From positions 1 to 64,000 of the IMG/VR virus record IMGVR_UViG_3300005056_000002: a DNA stretch of 64,000 nucleotides, one strand, 5' to 3'. How positions within the stretch are numbered: the stretch's first letter is position 1; each line of letters begins with the position of its first letter. The position numbers and the translations under genes were made by a program. The DNA comes from a virus. Positions 62,744 through 64,000 of this stretch are shown one piece after another. Below the pieces are notes generated by a model that had not been told where the DNA came from, did no database searches, and saw only the letters and a program-made list of their open reading frames with translations.

Positions 62744-63441
62744 ATCATTTCAATTCTACTAGTTAATATTTCCTTCATATCCTCACCTCTATAAGCTGCT
62801 AGTGGGTCATGTAGTTTTAAATGCGCTAACTCTACTATAGCTTTAAATTTTCTTACTATCTCATTACAATGTAAGATTCTCTTACAAAGTACTTCATAGT
62901 CAAATGTCATTTCCCCAATTCTAAATTCTAATGTCTTGCAATGTTGGTGAACTCTTACCCAATCTCTAGTCCAACTCATATCCCTACCATTGTAAGTACC
63001 TTTATAACCCCATGAATCTAATTCAGCTAGAATCCACTCTTTATTAGCTTCTACTAATTCAGGTGTAATCTTATGGTACATATCAGTACAGTCTATATGG
63101 TAATGTACTCCACTTCTAGGGTCTAGTTCGCTATTCCGTTTTAGTGCTTGTGAGATATCTGAAAGACATCTAAGCCCTGTTAAACCACTAGGTATTCTAA
63201 ACCTTTGTTCATCTTTATCAATGTTAACAGACATAATGTTAGGTATATTAGTAAATACCCTGTGAGAGAAGGTATCCTTTCGCATACATTCAATCTCGAA
63301 ACCAGTACTAAAAGGTAGGAGATAATCTCCTACCTCGTTAGCATCGGGGTCATCCTCACTAAAAGCATGAGGATTTTTAAGTAATACTTCGTTAGTGCTC
63401 TCTATGAGGTCTACGTGAGCTGGTAGTAGTAGTTGCAACAT
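62740..63441 (-). CDS. amidoligase-like protein (Amidoligase_2 / GS-like fold)
   Basis: STGFEIECM (GxExE-type strand), SGVHYHID (HxH) and KTLEFRIGEMTFDYEVLCKRILHCNEIV (cf. tiEFRxhxgTld...) match the order of conserved blocks I recall for the putative amidoligase family. Confidence 0.55.
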   Translation of the reverse strand: MLQLLLPAHVDLIESTNEVLLKNPHAFSEDDPDANEVGDYLLPFSTGFEIECMRKDTFSHRVFTNIPNIMSVNIDKDEQRFRIPSGLTGLRCLSDISQALKRNSELDPRSGVHYHIDCTDMYHKITPELVEANKEWILAELDSWGYKGTYNGRDMSWTRDWVRVHQHCKTLEFRIGEMTFDYEVLCKRILHCNEIVRKFKAIVELAHLKLHDPLAAYRGEDMKEILTSRIEMI

Positions 63442-63955
63442 TCTTCTTTTGTTTATCTACTAGCTTCTGAGCTTTAGCAGCGGTTGTTTTACTTACTTTG
63501 TTTTTAGCAGTCTTAGGTGCTTTAGTAGTGCCTAAAGCTTTCTGTGCTTTAGCTACTTTAGCTGCTTTATCTACTTTAGATTTCTCCATTATCTCAATGA
63601 TAGCGTTCTTTCTACCTATACTATTTCTTTCGTTATAGTCTTTTACCATCGCAAGGACTCCAACCCTCTCTGATTTCAGGGGAATCGCACGTGAGTACTT
63701 AGTACTTCCTATCATTACTATAACGTTCCTACCTACAGCTCTAGCATTAATCTGCTTTTTGATTACCTTCTTAACTAATTTCTTAGCTTTAGGCTTCTTA
63801 GCTGCTATAGCCTTAGCTTTAGCTGCTGCTTTCTTAGCCTTCTCTTTAGCTTTGATTGCTGCTTCTTTCTTCTTAGCTGCTGCCTTTTGTTTAAGTGCTA
63901 GTGCTTTCTTTTTTGCTGCTTCTTTTTGTTTAGCAGTTGGTTTCTTGTTCTCCAT
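63392..63955 (-). CDS. histone H1-like Lys/Ala-rich DNA-binding protein
   Basis: 187 aa. The N-terminal 65 aa are AKK/KKA repeats (KQKEAAKKKALALKQKAAAKKKEAAIKAKEKAKKAAAKAKAIAAKKPKAKK), followed by a globular middle and a second KA-rich tail. Confidence 0.65.
   Translation of the reverse strand: MENKKPTAKQKEAAKKKALALKQKAAAKKKEAAIKAKEKAKKAAAKAKAIAAKKPKAKKLVKKVIKKQINARAVGRNVIVMIGSTKYSRAIPLKSERVGVLAMVKDYNERNSIGRKNAIIEIMEKSKVDKAAKVAKAQKALGTTKAPKTAKNKVSKTTAAKAQKLVDKQKKNVATTTTSSRRPHREH
63657..63682 (+). repeat. ACTCC-N-ACAGGG motif copy (+ strand, antisense to the minus-strand H1-like gene)
   Basis: ACTCCAACCCTCTCTGATTTCAGGGG, spacer 14. The 3' box is TCAGGGG. Confidence 0.7.
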
Positions 63956-64000
63956 TGTCTTGGGGTTTTAAATTAGAATTATAATATTTGAGGTTCAATT

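Noticed and set aside
3276-63682. Interpreting the long motif as a literal T7/T3/SP6 promoter, or as a conserved peptide repeat
   Set aside because: Only the GACTC and AGGGAGA-like ends resemble T7-class promoters. The 12-16-nt pyrimidine spacer has no counterpart there, and no T7-like single-subunit RNAP gene is seen. The peptide-repeat idea fails because copies occur in all three phases, on the antisense strand and in non-coding DNA.
1-64000. CRISPR array, diversity-generating retroelement, integrase/att, transposase, toxin-antitoxin pair
   Set aside because: There are no regularly spaced identical repeats; the long motif copies are kilobases apart and not identical. I recognised no reverse-transcriptase, integrase or transposase motifs in any long ORF, and saw no template/variable repeat pair near the fibre genes.

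Overview
AT-rich 64-kb stretch of a tailed dsDNA phage genome. I saw no cellular housekeeping genes, rRNA, tRNA or CRISPR array. Genes lack Shine-Dalgarno-like leaders and one clean TAnnTTTG -7 box is present, so I infer a Bacteroidota (probably flavobacterial) host. Layout: (1) 1-5.7 kb is a leftward block of about 17 very small ORFs, most with 1-2 TM helices and several below the 60-aa cutoff of the ORF track; it is split by a ~1-kb gene-free, repeat-dense region (3.24-4.26 kb). (2) 5.68-6.16 kb is a divergent control region. (3) 6.16-58.5 kb is one rightward, almost gap-free gene train: small unknown genes, a RecB-family PD-(D/E)XK nuclease, a HAD-like phosphatase, large terminase, portal-size, scaffold-like and capsid-size genes, and about 20 structural/tail genes including two LamG-type fibre proteins. 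It continues with a membrane-protein/YkuD-like cassette, a 1272-aa protein, a very basic 514-aa protein, a 934-aa protein ending in a lytic transglycosylase domain, and a 5151-aa (15.5 kb) giant protein. The giant protein carries an ART-like domain and a beta-prime-like DFDAD double-psi-barrel signature, making it a candidate virion-delivered RNA polymerase as in crAss-like/N4-like podophages. (4) 58.7-64 kb is a leftward block with an ATP-dependent DNA ligase, an amidoligase-like protein and a histone-H1-like Lys/Ala-rich protein. The most unusual signal is at the nucleotide level: at least 16 copies of a 23-28-nt bipartite motif (G)ACTCC-N12-16-(T)TACAGGG(G). Twelve copies are on the + strand, and they sit in spacers and inside genes in all three codon phases. 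All product calls come from motifs recognised by eye; nothing was searched against databases, and coordinates of hand-found features were counted manually.
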